From an uncultured Gemmatimonadales bacterium (GTDB taxonomy: Bacteria; Gemmatimonadota; Gemmatimonadetes; Longimicrobiales; RSA9), in contig OY970192.1 in the NCBI GenBank assembly GCA_963708135.1, positions 4,096,001-4,160,000 of the forward strand: 64,000 nucleotides of DNA, in the 5' to 3' direction. The notes beneath the pieces are model-generated. The model was given only the letters and a program-made list of their open reading frames with translations. It searched no databases and had not been told where the DNA came from. Shown piece by piece: positions 9,739 through 21,100 of the stretch. The translations under genes were made by a program, and so were the position numbers. Within the stretch, counting starts at the first letter, position 1; each line of letters begins with the position of its first letter.

Positions 9739-11175
9739 CTACGGCACCTTCTTCGCGGTGGCGTCCTGCCCGCCCTGGTGCAGCACCACGGCCGAGACGG
9801 CACCCGCCGAGTCGGTGACGAAAGTGAACTGCGCGTCCACCTCCTTCGCGAAGAAGTCCTTCTCGCCGTAGGGCCAGATGCGCAGCTTGCCCTGCCCGGT
9901 CGGCTGCACGTAGAGCGCGTCGCCCGCACGCGTGACCACGAGCTGGAAGCTCGGCGCGAGCTCGTACGTGCCGACGAAGCGCCCGAGCGCATCCGAGGAG
10001 AGCGCGATCACCGGGAACTGCCTGGCCGGGGCCGGCGCCGGCGCGAGCGGGATGGTCGGGTCCAGCAGGTGGAAGCCAATGTCGTCCGCGCCTGCCCCGC
10101 CGGTGTTCGTCAGCACCACCACGGCGACCTTCCGGACCGGGTCCATGCCGACGAAGCTGCGGTAGCCGCCGGTGCCGCCGTTGTGCCAGACGATGTCCAT
10201 GGCGCCCCGGTGCAGGATGAGCCAGTTCAGGCCGATGCCGGTGCCGGGGATCGTCGTCTTTGCGCGCTCCTGGTGGGAGAAGGCCATGGCCTTCCCCAGC
10301 GGCCCGCGCTCCGGATGCAGGCTGGCATCGAGGAACTTCAGCATGTCGCTCGCGGTCGAGCGGATGGCGCCCGCCCCCGCCAGCGTCGGGATGTCCCAGT
10401 TCGAGACCACCTTCCCCTGCTCGTCGTGGCCGAGCGCCAGGTGCTGCTTCATCCACGGCGTGAAGGTGATCGCGGTGTGCGACATGCCGAGCGGCTTCCA
10501 GACGCGCTCCCGCACCATCTCCTCGTACGACTTGCCGGCGCGCAGCGCCAGCGCGTGGCCGAGCAGGCCCACGCCGAGGTTCGAGTACTCGAACTTCTCG
10601 CCCGGGTCGCGCGTGAGCTGGTACCCCGACAGGAAGTCGTACAGCTGCTGGACCGTGTAGTCCCTGTACGGGTTCTGCGGGTCCTTCGGGTGGAAGTTGT
10701 CCGGCATCCGCGGCAGCCCCGAGTTCTGCTCCGAAAGCTCGCCGAGGGTGATCTGCCTCCCGTCCCGCGTCGGCATCGTTACGCCCGCCGGCAGGTACTT
10801 CTGCACCGGGTCGTCCAGCGCCACCTGACCCCTGCCCACCATGTCCGCCAGCACCGTGGCCGTGAACACCTTCGAGACCGAGCCGATCTCGAACACCGTG
10901 TTCGCGTCGAGCGCCGGCTGACCCTTGCCCGGGTCGCCCCAGGCGACGACGCGTGTCTTGCCGCCCGGCTCGAGCAGCCCCACCACGATCCCCGCGCTCC
11001 GCTTCTCCGCCACGCGCTGCTTGAGGATCGAGAGCACCGCCGAGTCGGGCGGAAAGCCCTCCACGGGCCCGACCTGCGCGCGGCCGGCCGAGGGGCCCAG
11101 CAGGCCGGCGGCGAGCAGCGAGAGGAGCGCGGCCAGCGGCGCGCGCCGGCATCGGCGGGTCGGGATACGGCTCAT
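9739..11175 (-). CDS. serine hydrolase (class C beta-lactamase/D-Ala-D-Ala carboxypeptidase fold) with C-terminal DUF3471-like domain
   Basis: Signal peptide, FEIGSVSK (SxxK), YSN and WHNGGTGG. Confidence 0.88.
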   Translation of the reverse strand: MSRIPTRRCRRAPLAALLSLLAAGLLGPSAGRAQVGPVEGFPPDSAVLSILKQRVAEKRSAGIVVGLLEPGGKTRVVAWGDPGKGQPALDANTVFEIGSVSKVFTATVLADMVGRGQVALDDPVQKYLPAGVTMPTRDGRQITLGELSEQNSGLPRMPDNFHPKDPQNPYRDYTVQQLYDFLSGYQLTRDPGEKFEYSNLGVGLLGHALALRAGKSYEEMVRERVWKPLGMSHTAITFTPWMKQHLALGHDEQGKVVSNWDIPTLAGAGAIRSTASDMLKFLDASLHPERGPLGKAMAFSHQERAKTTIPGTGIGLNWLILHRGAMDIVWHNGGTGGYRSFVGMDPVRKVAVVVLTNTGGAGADDIGFHLLDPTIPLAPAPAPARQFPVIALSSDALGRFVGTYELAPSFQLVVTRAGDALYVQPTGQGKLRIWPYGEKDFFAKEVDAQFTFVTDSAGAVSAVVLHQGGQDATAKKVP

Positions 11176-11243
11176 GGGAGTCCTCCACGGCGGGGGCCCG
11201 GGACGCCTGGATGGACGGTCCCGGAGGTGCCTGCGTCCGGCTG

Positions 11244-11520
11244 TTGTATACAGAATAGCGGCGCGGGCCGAAGCCGGGCAACGCCCGCCGGCATGGAGGC
11301 TGTTGGTGCGCGCGCCGCCGCGCCCTATCTTGGGCCCTGGCCTCCGCGCCGCCGCGCGGCCGGCGGAGCAAGCCCCCGGTTCCCCCGCCGGCCGCGCCAC
11401 CACTCCCGACCAGACGCTCAGAGCACACCGCCGCAGATCGAGCAGCGTGCATCCGGGCCGGACGCCGACGCTCCCTGTCCCGCGCGCCGCCAGCGGTTCG
11501 GGATCGTCGGCTGTATACAG
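11244..11520. promoter_or_regulatory. two TGTATACA palindromes (GntR/FadR-type operator candidates)
   Basis: TTGTATACAG at 11244-11253 and CTGTATACAG at 11511-11520 in the divergent intergenic region. Confidence 0.55.
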
Positions 11521-11614
11521 AGGTGGCGCGGGGAGCCGGGCGCGACCGGCGGCCGCCGCGCACCGACGGACCCGCTGGTCCGTTCCCTGTGCGAGTCCGA
11601 CTCGAGGAGGTCCG

Positions 11615-12631
11615 ATGATCGTCGATGTCCACAACCACTACTTCCCTCCCGAGTTCCTGGACGCGGTCCGGCGCGGACCCAGCCGGTTCCGCGTCACGGA
11701 GGACGCGGATGGCAACCCGGTCCTCCACTCGCCCGGCGACTACAACGTGGCGGTGCGCGGGCACCGGGACATCGGCTACCGCGCGGGCGTGCTGGAGGCG
11801 GCGGGCGTGGACACGCAGCTGCTCAGCTTCACGGCTCCGGGGACGACGATCGAGACGCCGGAGCGGGCGGTCGAGCTGGCCGCGCTGGTGAACGACTGCC
11901 TGGCGGCCGTGGTCGCCGAGCGCTCGCCCCGCTTCGCGGCGCTGGCCACCCTGCCGCTCACGGTCCCCGAGGCCGCCGCCGCGGAGCTCGAGCGCGCGAT
12001 GGGCAGCCTCCACCTCCCGGGGGCGATGCTCTACGGCAACGCGGCCGGCGTGCCGCTCGCCGACGACCGATTCCGCCCGCTCTGGGAGTCCGCCGACGCC
12101 CGCGGCGCCGTGCTCTACATCCACCCGACCTACCCGCTCGGCGTCGAGGCGATGACCAGCTACATGCTGATGCCCCTCGTCGGCTTCCTCTTCGACACCA
12201 CCCTTGCCGCCGCTCACCTGGTCTTCGCCGGGATCCCCGAGCGCTACCCGCGCATCCGCTGGGTGCTCGGCCACCTCGGCGGCGCCATCCCCTACCTCGC
12301 CGAGCGCCTGGACCGCGGCTTCACGGCCTTTCCGGTCTGCCGCGCGCACCTCTCCCGACGGCCCAGCGAGGTGCTGCGCGAGTTCTACTACGACACCGTC
12401 AACTTCGACCCCGCCGCGCTGCGCCTTGCCCTCGGCTTCGCCGGGCCGCGCCAGATCCTGGCCGGCAGCGACTACCCGCACATGATCGGCAGCATCGAGG
12501 GCATGCTCTCGAGCATCCGCGGGCTCGACCTCCCCGCCGATCAGCAGATGGCCGTCCTCGGCGCAAACGCCGCGCGGCTGCTGGGGCTGGACGGGCGCGG
12601 CGCCGACGCGCGGCCACTACCGGCCCGCTGA
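11615..12631 (+). CDS. amidohydrolase_2 family protein (ACMSD/aromatic decarboxylase-like)
   Basis: IVDVHNH, LYIHP, GHLGG and AGSDYPH. Confidence 0.88.
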   Translation: MIVDVHNHYFPPEFLDAVRRGPSRFRVTEDADGNPVLHSPGDYNVAVRGHRDIGYRAGVLEAAGVDTQLLSFTAPGTTIETPERAVELAALVNDCLAAVVAERSPRFAALATLPLTVPEAAAAELERAMGSLHLPGAMLYGNAAGVPLADDRFRPLWESADARGAVLYIHPTYPLGVEAMTSYMLMPLVGFLFDTTLAAAHLVFAGIPERYPRIRWVLGHLGGAIPYLAERLDRGFTAFPVCRAHLSRRPSEVLREFYYDTVNFDPAALRLALGFAGPRQILAGSDYPHMIGSIEGMLSSIRGLDLPADQQMAVLGANAARLLGLDGRGADARPLPAR

Positions 12632-12894
12632 GGCATGCCCGGCGCGCGTCTGTTCGACCGGCACTTCGTCCCGCTCAGCAGGGGCAGCCGGTCAGCCGAA
12701 TAGGCAACCAGGCCTTCCTCGTAGCGTCGATGTTCCGGACCATGCGCGCCGCCGGGTCCGCGCGCGGCTTCCTGGCCGTCGAGCCCGCACCAAAGCCGGG
12801 GCCGGCCGCCTCCGAGCCGGCCCCGCCCGCCCCCGTCGAAAGCGTATCAATTTCCTGAGGAGCGGGAGGTCTGCGACACTCCGGCCGCCGCCCC

Positions 12895-12924
12895 TTGACG
12901 GTGCACGAGCAGTCCCGTTACGTT
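12895..12924 (+). promoter_or_regulatory. putative sigma70 promoter upstream of susC
   Basis: TTGACG-18 nt-TACGTT. Palindrome CGTTAT-N4-ATAACG lies downstream at 13000-13015. Confidence 0.4.
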
Positions 12925-13485
12925 CGCACGACCCAGCCACCCACAGGCCGTTCCGCGGGCGAGCCCCACGAGGGGGCGTCACGATCTCGCCTGCTGCCAC
13001 GTTATCGCCATAACGGGCCTGTGGCCGGGCCGCATTCCTCCCTCAACGCAGTGCATTCGACAGGCGGGCCCCGCGGTTCCGACCGCGGGTTGAGCACGCC
13101 GGACGTCCCCCATCCGTCCGGCAACCCCTGACGACCGAGCGACGGCATCACGACCCGTCGTGAGCGGCGCGGCAGCGAGCGTCGCATACAGTGTTGGTTT
13201 CGCCGCTGTCGGCAGGACCACACGCGAGGCTGGACCCCGACGTCACGACTCCGCCCGGACCGGCCGGGCGGGCGGCGATCCCCGGACGCCGCAGCGCACG
13301 AAGCACTCGACACGAAGGAACAAGGACACCTCTCGCGCGGCGCCCGGCCCGGAGGCCGGTCGTGCGCGTGCCCCGCGCCCCTTCCGGGTCGCGGGCAGCG
13401 GGTGGCCGGCGCTGGCCGCGCTGCAGCGCCGCGTTCCGGCACGAGTCTTCGGGCGGCAGCACTCGTATCCACCTCAGGAGGAACA

Positions 13486-16400
13486 ATGGCTCCACCCACA
13501 GTCCACGGTGCGCGCCTGGCGCTCGCACTGGCGGCCGCGGCGGTGATGGCCGCCGCGGGAGGCGGTCCCGCGCTCGCGCAGGGGACCGGCGTCGTTCGCG
13601 GTCACGTCACCGATGCGGCGACCGGCCGATCCCTCACGGGGGCGCAGGTCGCGCTGCAGGGGACGCGGCGCGGCGCTCTGGCCGATGATCAGGGCGCCTA
13701 CATCATCCGGGATGTGCCGCCCGGGACCTACACGGTCCACGTCGAGAACCTCGGGTTCAAAGCCGTGGACAAGCAAGCGACGGTGCAGTCGGACGCGACG
13801 GCGACGGTCAACTTCACGATGGCGCAGGAGGCCATCGCGATGAACGAGCTGGTGGTGACCGGCACCGTCGGGCGGACGACCAAGCGCGCGATCGGCAACA
13901 GCGTCTCGACGGTCCAGGCGTCGAAGATCACGGAGGCGGCGCCGATCCAGAACGTGCAGGAGCTGCTGACGGCGCGGACGCCGGGTGTCACGATCATGTC
14001 GAACTCGGGGCAGGCGGGCTCGGCCTCGAAGATCCGGATCCGCGGCGCGGGCTCGCTGTCGGCGGGCCTGGAGCCGGTGATCTACGTGGATGGCATCCGC
14101 GTCTCGAACGGCGTGCAGGATGGCTACAACACCGGGGGCGGGCTGGTCCAGGGGACGAGCGCGCTGGACGCGATCAACCCCGAGGACATCGAGTCGATCC
14201 AGGTGATCAAGGGGCCCGCGGCCGCGACGCTTTACGGCGCGGACGCGGCGCCGGGCGTGATCCAGATCATCACGAAGAAGGGCCGCATGTCGGGCGGCGG
14301 CGTGAAGTGGACGGCCGCCTACGAGCAGGGCCAGACGGCCTGGCACGTGGGCAATCCGATCAACTACTGGCTGTGCACGCCGTCCGAGATCGCGAACACG
14401 GCGACCTATCCCGGCTGCTCGCAGTTCGACCCGAATTCGGCGCCGGAGCAGCGGCTGCTGGTGGACAACCCGCTCCGGCGCAACACGAACGCGCTGCGCA
14501 CGGGCGGCCAGTACGACCTGAACCTGTCGGCGCGCGGCGGCGGCGAGAACTACAACTTCTACCTCTCGGGCGAGCGCTCGAACGAGGAAGGCGTCTTCTA
14601 CAACAACTACGCGCGCCGCACCTCGGGCCGGGCGAACTTCGGCTTCGTTCCCTCGGAGAAGCTGAACTTCAACGCGAGCGTGGCCTACGCGCAGACGCAC
14701 GAGCGCGAGCCACTGGCCAACAACGCGTCGAACAGCGTGCTGCGCAACGGGCTGCGCGGCCGCGCGGGCGCCGCGGACGATCCGTACGAGTTCGGCTTCA
14801 AGGGTTTCGGGCCGGAGCTCGCGAACCAGTACGACAACCAGACCTTCGGCGAGCGCACGACGATCGGGCTGACCACGAACTACAATACCTTCCCGTGGCT
14901 GCAGCAGAAGCTGACCGTCGGGCTGGACAAGCAGGACCGGCTCAACCGCGAGCTGTACACGATCGACCAGACGGGCAAGAAGCCGTGGGGCTCGACCGTC
15001 GCGAACGGCGCGGTCTACCGCTACATCCCGACCACCCACGTCTGGACCGTCGATTACAACGCCACGGCCACGGCCCGGATCAACGCCAACTACAACTCGG
15101 CGACGTCCTTCGGGATGCAGTACAACGACAAGAAGTACGAGTGGGACGAGACGATCGGCGAGGGCTTCGTCGCCGACAAGCTGAACCTGGTCAGCTCCGC
15201 CGCCACGACGCGCGCCGGACAGGGGCTCGTGCAGCAGACCTCGCTCGGCTTCTTCGGGCAGGAGCAGCTCAGCTTCAAGGACCGCCTCTACGGCACCGCG
15301 GCCGTCCGCATCGACAACAACTCGGCCTTCGGTGACAACTTCTCGCTCGTGGTCTACCCGAAGGCCTCGCTCTCGTACGTGATCTCCGACGAGAAGTGGT
15401 TCCACCTGCCGGCGGTGAACGAGCTGAAGCTGCGCGCCGCGTGGGGCGAGGCGGGCAACGCGCCCGACCCGTTCACGGCGGACCGCACCTACACCTCCGC
15501 GATCACGACCATCAGCGAGGTGCCGGCCAACCAGCTCACCTCCGCCTCCTACGGCAACCCCGACCTCCAGGCGGAGACGGGGCAGGAGGTCGAGCTCGGC
15601 TTCGACGGCTCGCTCCTGAACGGCCGCGCCGGCATCGAATTCACCTACTACAATCAGCAGACGAAGGACGCGCTGGTGCAGGTGCCCGATCCGCGCTCCG
15701 TCGGCTTCACGGGCAGCCACTACATCAACATCGGGCAGATCGCCAACAACGGTCTCGAGCTGGCGCTCACGGGCACGCCGATCCACACGCGGGCCGTGTC
15801 CTGGGATGCCCACCTCTCCCTCAGCACCAACCACAACAAGCTGGTCTCCTTCGGGCGCAACCCCGACGGCACTCCGGTCCTGGACGAGATCACCTTCGGT
15901 GCGTTCGCCTCGGTGCAGCGCCACCGCGAGGGGTATCCCCTGGGCGGCTTCTGGGCCACCGACGTGCAGCGCGACGCCAGCGGCAACCCGGTGCTCGACG
16001 CCAACGGCAGGGCGATCGTGCAGGACCACTGCGTGTGGCCGCCGCAGAGCGCGGGCGACTGCCAGGAAATCTACATGGGCCCGATGCTGCCCACCCGAGA
16101 GGCGTCGTTCGCGAACACCGTGACACTGTTCGGCAACCTGCAGCTGTTCGCCAACCTCGACTACAAGGGTGGCAACTACCAGTGGTGCGCCATCTGCTCG
16201 ATCCGCAGCCGTATCGACCGCAACACGTACGAGCTGAACGATCCGAGCGCCGGCACGAGCGACGCACAGAAGGCGGTGCTGCTCAGCCTGCAGACCAAGA
16301 CCTGGATCATGCCGGCCGACTTCCTGAAGCTGCGCGAGCTGTCGGCCACCTACACGCTGCCGAATTCGTGGGCGCACATGCTGCGCGTCGAGCGCGCCGC

Positions 16401-16560
16401 GTTCACCCTCTCCGCACGCAATTTCTGGATGTGGACCAAGTACAAGGGCACGGCGGACCCGGAGGTCACCTTCTACAGCCGGTCGAACTTCACCCAGCTC
16501 GACTACGCCTCGACGCCGATGACCCGGCGCCTGATGGCCTCCCTGCGCGTCTCCTTCTGA
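13486..16560 (+). CDS. SusC/RagA-family TonB-dependent outer membrane receptor
   Basis: RBS AGGAGG, carboxypeptidase-regulatory-like N-domain, plug 'INPEDIESIQVIKGPAAATLYG', C-terminal 'LRVSF'. Confidence 0.93.
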   Translation: MAPPTVHGARLALALAAAAVMAAAGGGPALAQGTGVVRGHVTDAATGRSLTGAQVALQGTRRGALADDQGAYIIRDVPPGTYTVHVENLGFKAVDKQATVQSDATATVNFTMAQEAIAMNELVVTGTVGRTTKRAIGNSVSTVQASKITEAAPIQNVQELLTARTPGVTIMSNSGQAGSASKIRIRGAGSLSAGLEPVIYVDGIRVSNGVQDGYNTGGGLVQGTSALDAINPEDIESIQVIKGPAAATLYGADAAPGVIQIITKKGRMSGGGVKWTAAYEQGQTAWHVGNPINYWLCTPSEIANTATYPGCSQFDPNSAPEQRLLVDNPLRRNTNALRTGGQYDLNLSARGGGENYNFYLSGERSNEEGVFYNNYARRTSGRANFGFVPSEKLNFNASVAYAQTHEREPLANNASNSVLRNGLRGRAGAADDPYEFGFKGFGPELANQYDNQTFGERTTIGLTTNYNTFPWLQQKLTVGLDKQDRLNRELYTIDQTGKKPWGSTVANGAVYRYIPTTHVWTVDYNATATARINANYNSATSFGMQYNDKKYEWDETIGEGFVADKLNLVSSAATTRAGQGLVQQTSLGFFGQEQLSFKDRLYGTAAVRIDNNSAFGDNFSLVVYPKASLSYVISDEKWFHLPAVNELKLRAAWGEAGNAPDPFTADRTYTSAITTISEVPANQLTSASYGNPDLQAETGQEVELGFDGSLLNGRAGIEFTYYNQQTKDALVQVPDPRSVGFTGSHYINIGQIANNGLELALTGTPIHTRAVSWDAHLSLSTNHNKLVSFGRNPDGTPVLDEITFGAFASVQRHREGYPLGGFWATDVQRDASGNPVLDANGRAIVQDHCVWPPQSAGDCQEIYMGPMLPTREASFANTVTLFGNLQLFANLDYKGGNYQWCAICSIRSRIDRNTYELNDPSAGTSDAQKAVLLSLQTKTWIMPADFLKLRELSATYTLPNSWAHMLRVERAAFTLSARNFWMWTKYKGTADPEVTFYSRSNFTQLDYASTPMTRRLMASLRVSF

Positions 16561-16599
16561 CGCCGCGTCCCGAACTGAAGGCCTAGAGAGGAAACCGAA

Positions 16600-17937
16600 A
16601 TGATCGGAATGCCAACCATCCGGCGCACGATCGCCCTCGCCGCGCTCGCGGGCGGGGCGGCGCTCGTCGGCGCGTGCGGCGTGGGGGACAAGCTGCTCAA
16701 GGTGGAGAACCCGGAGCAGCTCCCGGAAAGCGCCCTCAACGACCCCAAGCTCATCAACACGCTGGTCAACAGCGTGGTGGGCGACTTCCAGAACATGTAC
16801 TCCGACCCCGTCATCTGGCGCGGCAGCATGCTCACGGACGAGCAGGTGACCGGGATCAACTGGGAGCAGACGGCGCGCATCAACCTGCGCGTCATCAAGT
16901 ACAACGAGGGCGACGCCGACCTGATGTTCCGTGACATCAGCAAGGCGCGCGGGATGGCCGACAGCACGGCCGGCCGCTTCCGCACGCTGCTCGACAACCC
17001 GGACAGCGACGCGCGCCTGGCCAAGGTCCTCGCCTACGCCGGCTACGACTACATCCTGCTGGCGGAGGTGATGTGCCAGTCCACGGTGAACGAAGGGGCG
17101 ATCCAGCAGCCCAGCGACATGTTCGCCGCGGCGGTCACCCGGCTCACGGAGGCGCTCAAGATCGCGCAGGCCGCGGGCGCGGATGACATCGCCAACCTGG
17201 CCCGTGTGGGCCTCGCTCGCGCGAACCTCGGGCTCGGCAACAACGACCAGGTGAAGCTCTACGCCGCGCAGGTGCCGGCAGACTTCCACTACTGGGTCCA
17301 GTATGCGGCCGACCCGCCGGACCTGAACAACGTGATGTGGGACCGCGAGCAGGGGCAGAACCACGCGCTCGGCGTGCACCCCCACTTCCTGGACGGCGGC
17401 GCGTTCGGCGACCAGGACCTGACGAACCAGATGGACCCGCGGGTGCAGCACACCGTGGACTGGACCCACGGCCACAACGGTCTCACCAAGCTGTACAAGC
17501 CGTACCAGAGCATGCTGTACAGCGGCTACAACGGCCAGGCGATCGGCGAGGGAGGCAGCCCGGCAACCTACACGGCGGACATGAACATCGCGCTCGCCTC
17601 CGGAATCGAGGCGCAGCACGACTACGCCGAGGCCGACGGCCCGACGGCGGCGACGCTCGCCTTCGTGAACGAGCGCCGCGCGGTGGGCAACATGCCGCCC
17701 GTCACGCTTTCGGGTCACGACCTGATGCTCGAGCTGCACGAGCAACGCGGGCGGGACCTCTATCTGGCCGGCTTCCGGCTGGGCGACCTGCGCCGCTGGA
17801 AGGCACAGGGCGACGACCTCTTCCCGACCGGGCAGCACCCGAACGCGGAGTGGGGCGCCTACGGAGACGCTACCTGCTTCCCGCTGCCGAGCACCGAGTA
17901 CGAGTCGAACCCGAACATCTCGAAGCCCGGGAGCTGA
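16600..17937 (+). CDS. RagB/SusD-family nutrient-binding lipoprotein
   Basis: Lipobox LVGAC, follows susC, C-terminal 'EQRGRDLYLAGFRLGDLRRW...PLPSTEYESNPN'. Confidence 0.9.
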   Translation: MIGMPTIRRTIALAALAGGAALVGACGVGDKLLKVENPEQLPESALNDPKLINTLVNSVVGDFQNMYSDPVIWRGSMLTDEQVTGINWEQTARINLRVIKYNEGDADLMFRDISKARGMADSTAGRFRTLLDNPDSDARLAKVLAYAGYDYILLAEVMCQSTVNEGAIQQPSDMFAAAVTRLTEALKIAQAAGADDIANLARVGLARANLGLGNNDQVKLYAAQVPADFHYWVQYAADPPDLNNVMWDREQGQNHALGVHPHFLDGGAFGDQDLTNQMDPRVQHTVDWTHGHNGLTKLYKPYQSMLYSGYNGQAIGEGGSPATYTADMNIALASGIEAQHDYAEADGPTAATLAFVNERRAVGNMPPVTLSGHDLMLELHEQRGRDLYLAGFRLGDLRRWKAQGDDLFPTGQHPNAEWGAYGDATCFPLPSTEYESNPNISKPGS

Positions 17938-18105
17938 GGCGCCCCACTTCACGCGGGAGGTCGGCGCGGCCGGCCTCCCGTTCCGGGGGCGCGGCGGGTA
18001 ACCGTCGCGCCCCCGTTCTTCGGCCCCGGGATGCCCCCGGGGCCCAAGGCCGAGCGGCCCTTGCGCCTGCCGGCCGCGAAGTCGCCCCCTGGACAGGAGC
18101 AGACC

Positions 18106-21100
18106 GTGCGACGCGCAGGCACCCCCCTCCCGATGGCGATCCCCGTCGCTTTCGCCCTCGCGCTGGCGGCGGCTCCGCCGCGCGCCGCGGCACAGCAGCC
18201 GACGGCCGAGTCCCGCACCCGGACGACCGCCGGTGCCGCCGGTGCGGCCGCGGCCCGCCCGGCCCTGCCGGCCGAGGAATGGGACGTGACGAAGGCCCGC
18301 GGCCAGACCCGTGACATCGACTTCACCACCAGCGAGGGCACCTGGCTCTCCGTGGACCTGTCGCCCGACGGACGGACCCTCCTCTTCGACCTGCTCGGCC
18401 ATATCTGGCGTCTGCCCGCCACGGGCGGCGAGGCGGTGGCGCTGACGGAGAACAGTGGCGTCGCCACCAACTACCACCCGCGCTGGTCGCCGGACGGCCG
18501 TCTCATCGCGTTCGTCTCGGACCGCAAGGGGCAGAACAACCTGTGGATCATGAACGCGGACGGCTCCGATCCGCGCCCGGTTTTCCTCGACCGGGACGTC
18601 CGCGTGCGGACCCCCGTGTGGACGCCCGATGGCCAGTACATCATCGTGCGCCGCGACTGGGTCGGCGCCGGCTCCTCGGAGGGGAAGAGCGGGCTCTGGA
18701 TGTACCACCGGGACGGCGGCAGTGGTGTGCCGCTCGTCACCAAGGGCGACGTCGAATGGCCCACGGTCTCGCCCGACGGCCGCTACGTCTACTTCCAGCT
18801 CCGCAGCGGCGGCAGCGACGCGCTCACCGGCGACTACCAGATCCAGCGGCTCGAGCTCGAGAGCGGCGAGATCATCGACATCACGGCGGGCAACTCGCAC
18901 GGAGTGGCCGCCTCGCGCGCCACGAGCGGCGGAGCGTTCGCGCCGGAGGTGTCGCCTGACGGTCACTGGCTGGCCTTCGGCCGCCAGATCGGGGATGGCC
19001 TCATCTCCTTCAAGGGCCACACGTACGGTCCGCGCACGGCGCTCTGGCTGCGCAACCTGGACACGGGCGAGGAGCGGCTCGCCATGGACCCGATCTCGGT
19101 CGCCATCGAGAGCGGCGCCAAGTCGCTGCGCATCCTGCCGGGCTACGGCTGGTCCCGGGACGGCAAGTCCATCGTGATCGCGGAGGGCGGCAAGGTGCGC
19201 CGCCTCGATGTGGCCACCGGCCGGGTGGCGACGATCCCCTTCACCGCCCACGTGCACCGCACCATCTCGGAGATGGCCTACGCACCGTTTCGCATCTCGG
19301 ACGGCGCGTTCGAGGCGAAGTACCTGCGCTGGCACACGCTCTCGCCCGACGGCAGGCGCCTGGCCTTCCAGGCGGTCGGCCGCGTGTGGGTCATGGACCT
19401 GCCGGATGGAACGCCGCGCCGCGTGACGCCGCGCAGCTTCGACCCGCTCGAGTACGGCCCCACGTGGTCGCCGGACGGCCGCTGGCTGGCCTTCACGTCC
19501 CACGACGACCGCGGCCTCGGCTACGTCTGGAAGGTGCCGCCCGCCGGGGGCGCGCCGGTCCGGGTCACGGCGGACTCGGGGGAGTACGTGCACCCGGCAT
19601 GGAGCCGGGATGGCCGGGAGATCGCCGTCGCGCGCGGCTCGGGCGCCACGCTGCGCGGCCGCACGCTGACGCACGACCCCTGGTGGGACGTGGTGCGCGT
19701 TCCGGCGACGGGAGGCCGGGCGACGCTCGTCGCCCGCGTCGCGCTGCCGGCCGGGACCAACCCGACCAGCGTGGCCCGGCGCGCCATCCTCACGCCCAGC
19801 TACGGGCCGGATGGCCGCATCTTCTTTCCGGTGTTCCAGCGAGACGAGAAGGCGCGCGAGATGAAGACCGCGCTCGTCTCGGTGAAGCCCGATGGCGGCG
19901 ACCGCCGCGTGCACGTGATCCTGCCCTACGCCGACGAGGCCACGCCCTCGCCCGACGGCCGCTGGCTCGCGTTCCAGGAGGGCGACAACGTCTATTTGAC
20001 CGCGTTGCCCTACGAGGGGACGGGGGCGGCGCCGATCGAGCTGGACAAGCGCCACGGGCGGCTGCCCGTCCGGCAGCTCAGCCTCGAGGGCGGGATGTTC
20101 CCGCACTGGCACGACTCGCTGACCGTGGAGTTTGGCAGCGCGAACCGCCACGTCACCTACCACGTGGCCACCGAGAAGGCCGAGACGACGACCGTGCGCC
20201 TCATGGTGCCGCGCGGCTCCGTGGCGCCTGGCACGATCGCGCTCACGGGTGCCCGCATCGTGAGCCTCGGGAACCCGGAGGTGATCGAGAAGGGCACGAT
20301 CGTGGTGAAGGACGGCCGCATCACCTGCGTCGGGACGTGCTCGACGGCCGGGGCGGACCGCGTGCTGGACGAGACCGGCAAGACCATCATTCCGGGCTTC
20401 GTGGACATGCACTCGCACCACTACCGCGAGTGGCGGGGCTACCGTCCGCGTCACGACTACGAGGTCTCCATCTATCTCGCGTACGGGGTGACCACGGACC
20501 TCGACCCGTCCATGTGGTCGCAGAACATCTTCCCCTCCGCCGAGCTGATCGAGTCGGGCGAGATGATCGGGCCACGCACATTCAGCACGGGGGACCCGCT
20601 CTACAAGGGCGATGCCGCGCGCAACAACGACCTGTCCAGCTACGCCGCCACCGAGCACGACATCGCGAAGCTGCAGTCGTGGGGCGCGGTCTCCATGAAG
20701 CAGTACCTGCAGCCGCGGCGCGACCAGCGGCAGTGGGTGAGCGACGTCGCGCGCAAGCGCGGCCTCATGGTCACCGCCGAGGGCGGCGACCTCTTCTACA
20801 ATCTCGGCATGATCATGGACGGCCAGACCGGCTGGGAGCACCCGCTCAGCTACGTGCCGCTCTACTCCGACGTGACGAAGTTCTTCGGGCTCGCCCACGC
20901 CACGTACTCGCCGACCCTGGTCGTGGCCGGGCCGGGCCCCTGGAACATCGAGTACTTCTTCGGCGCGAGCAATGTCTGGAAGGATCCCAAGCAGCGCCGC
21001 TGGATGCCGTGGCGCATGGACATGGGCCACCTGCGGCGGCGCACGCTCCGCCCCGAGACCGACTACAGCTTCCCGCTGCTGGCGCAGGGGCTCGCCGACA

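Noticed and set aside
12860..12910. Possible cobalamin riboswitch before susC
   Set aside because: Only vague similarity; the conserved core and B12 box could not be identified.
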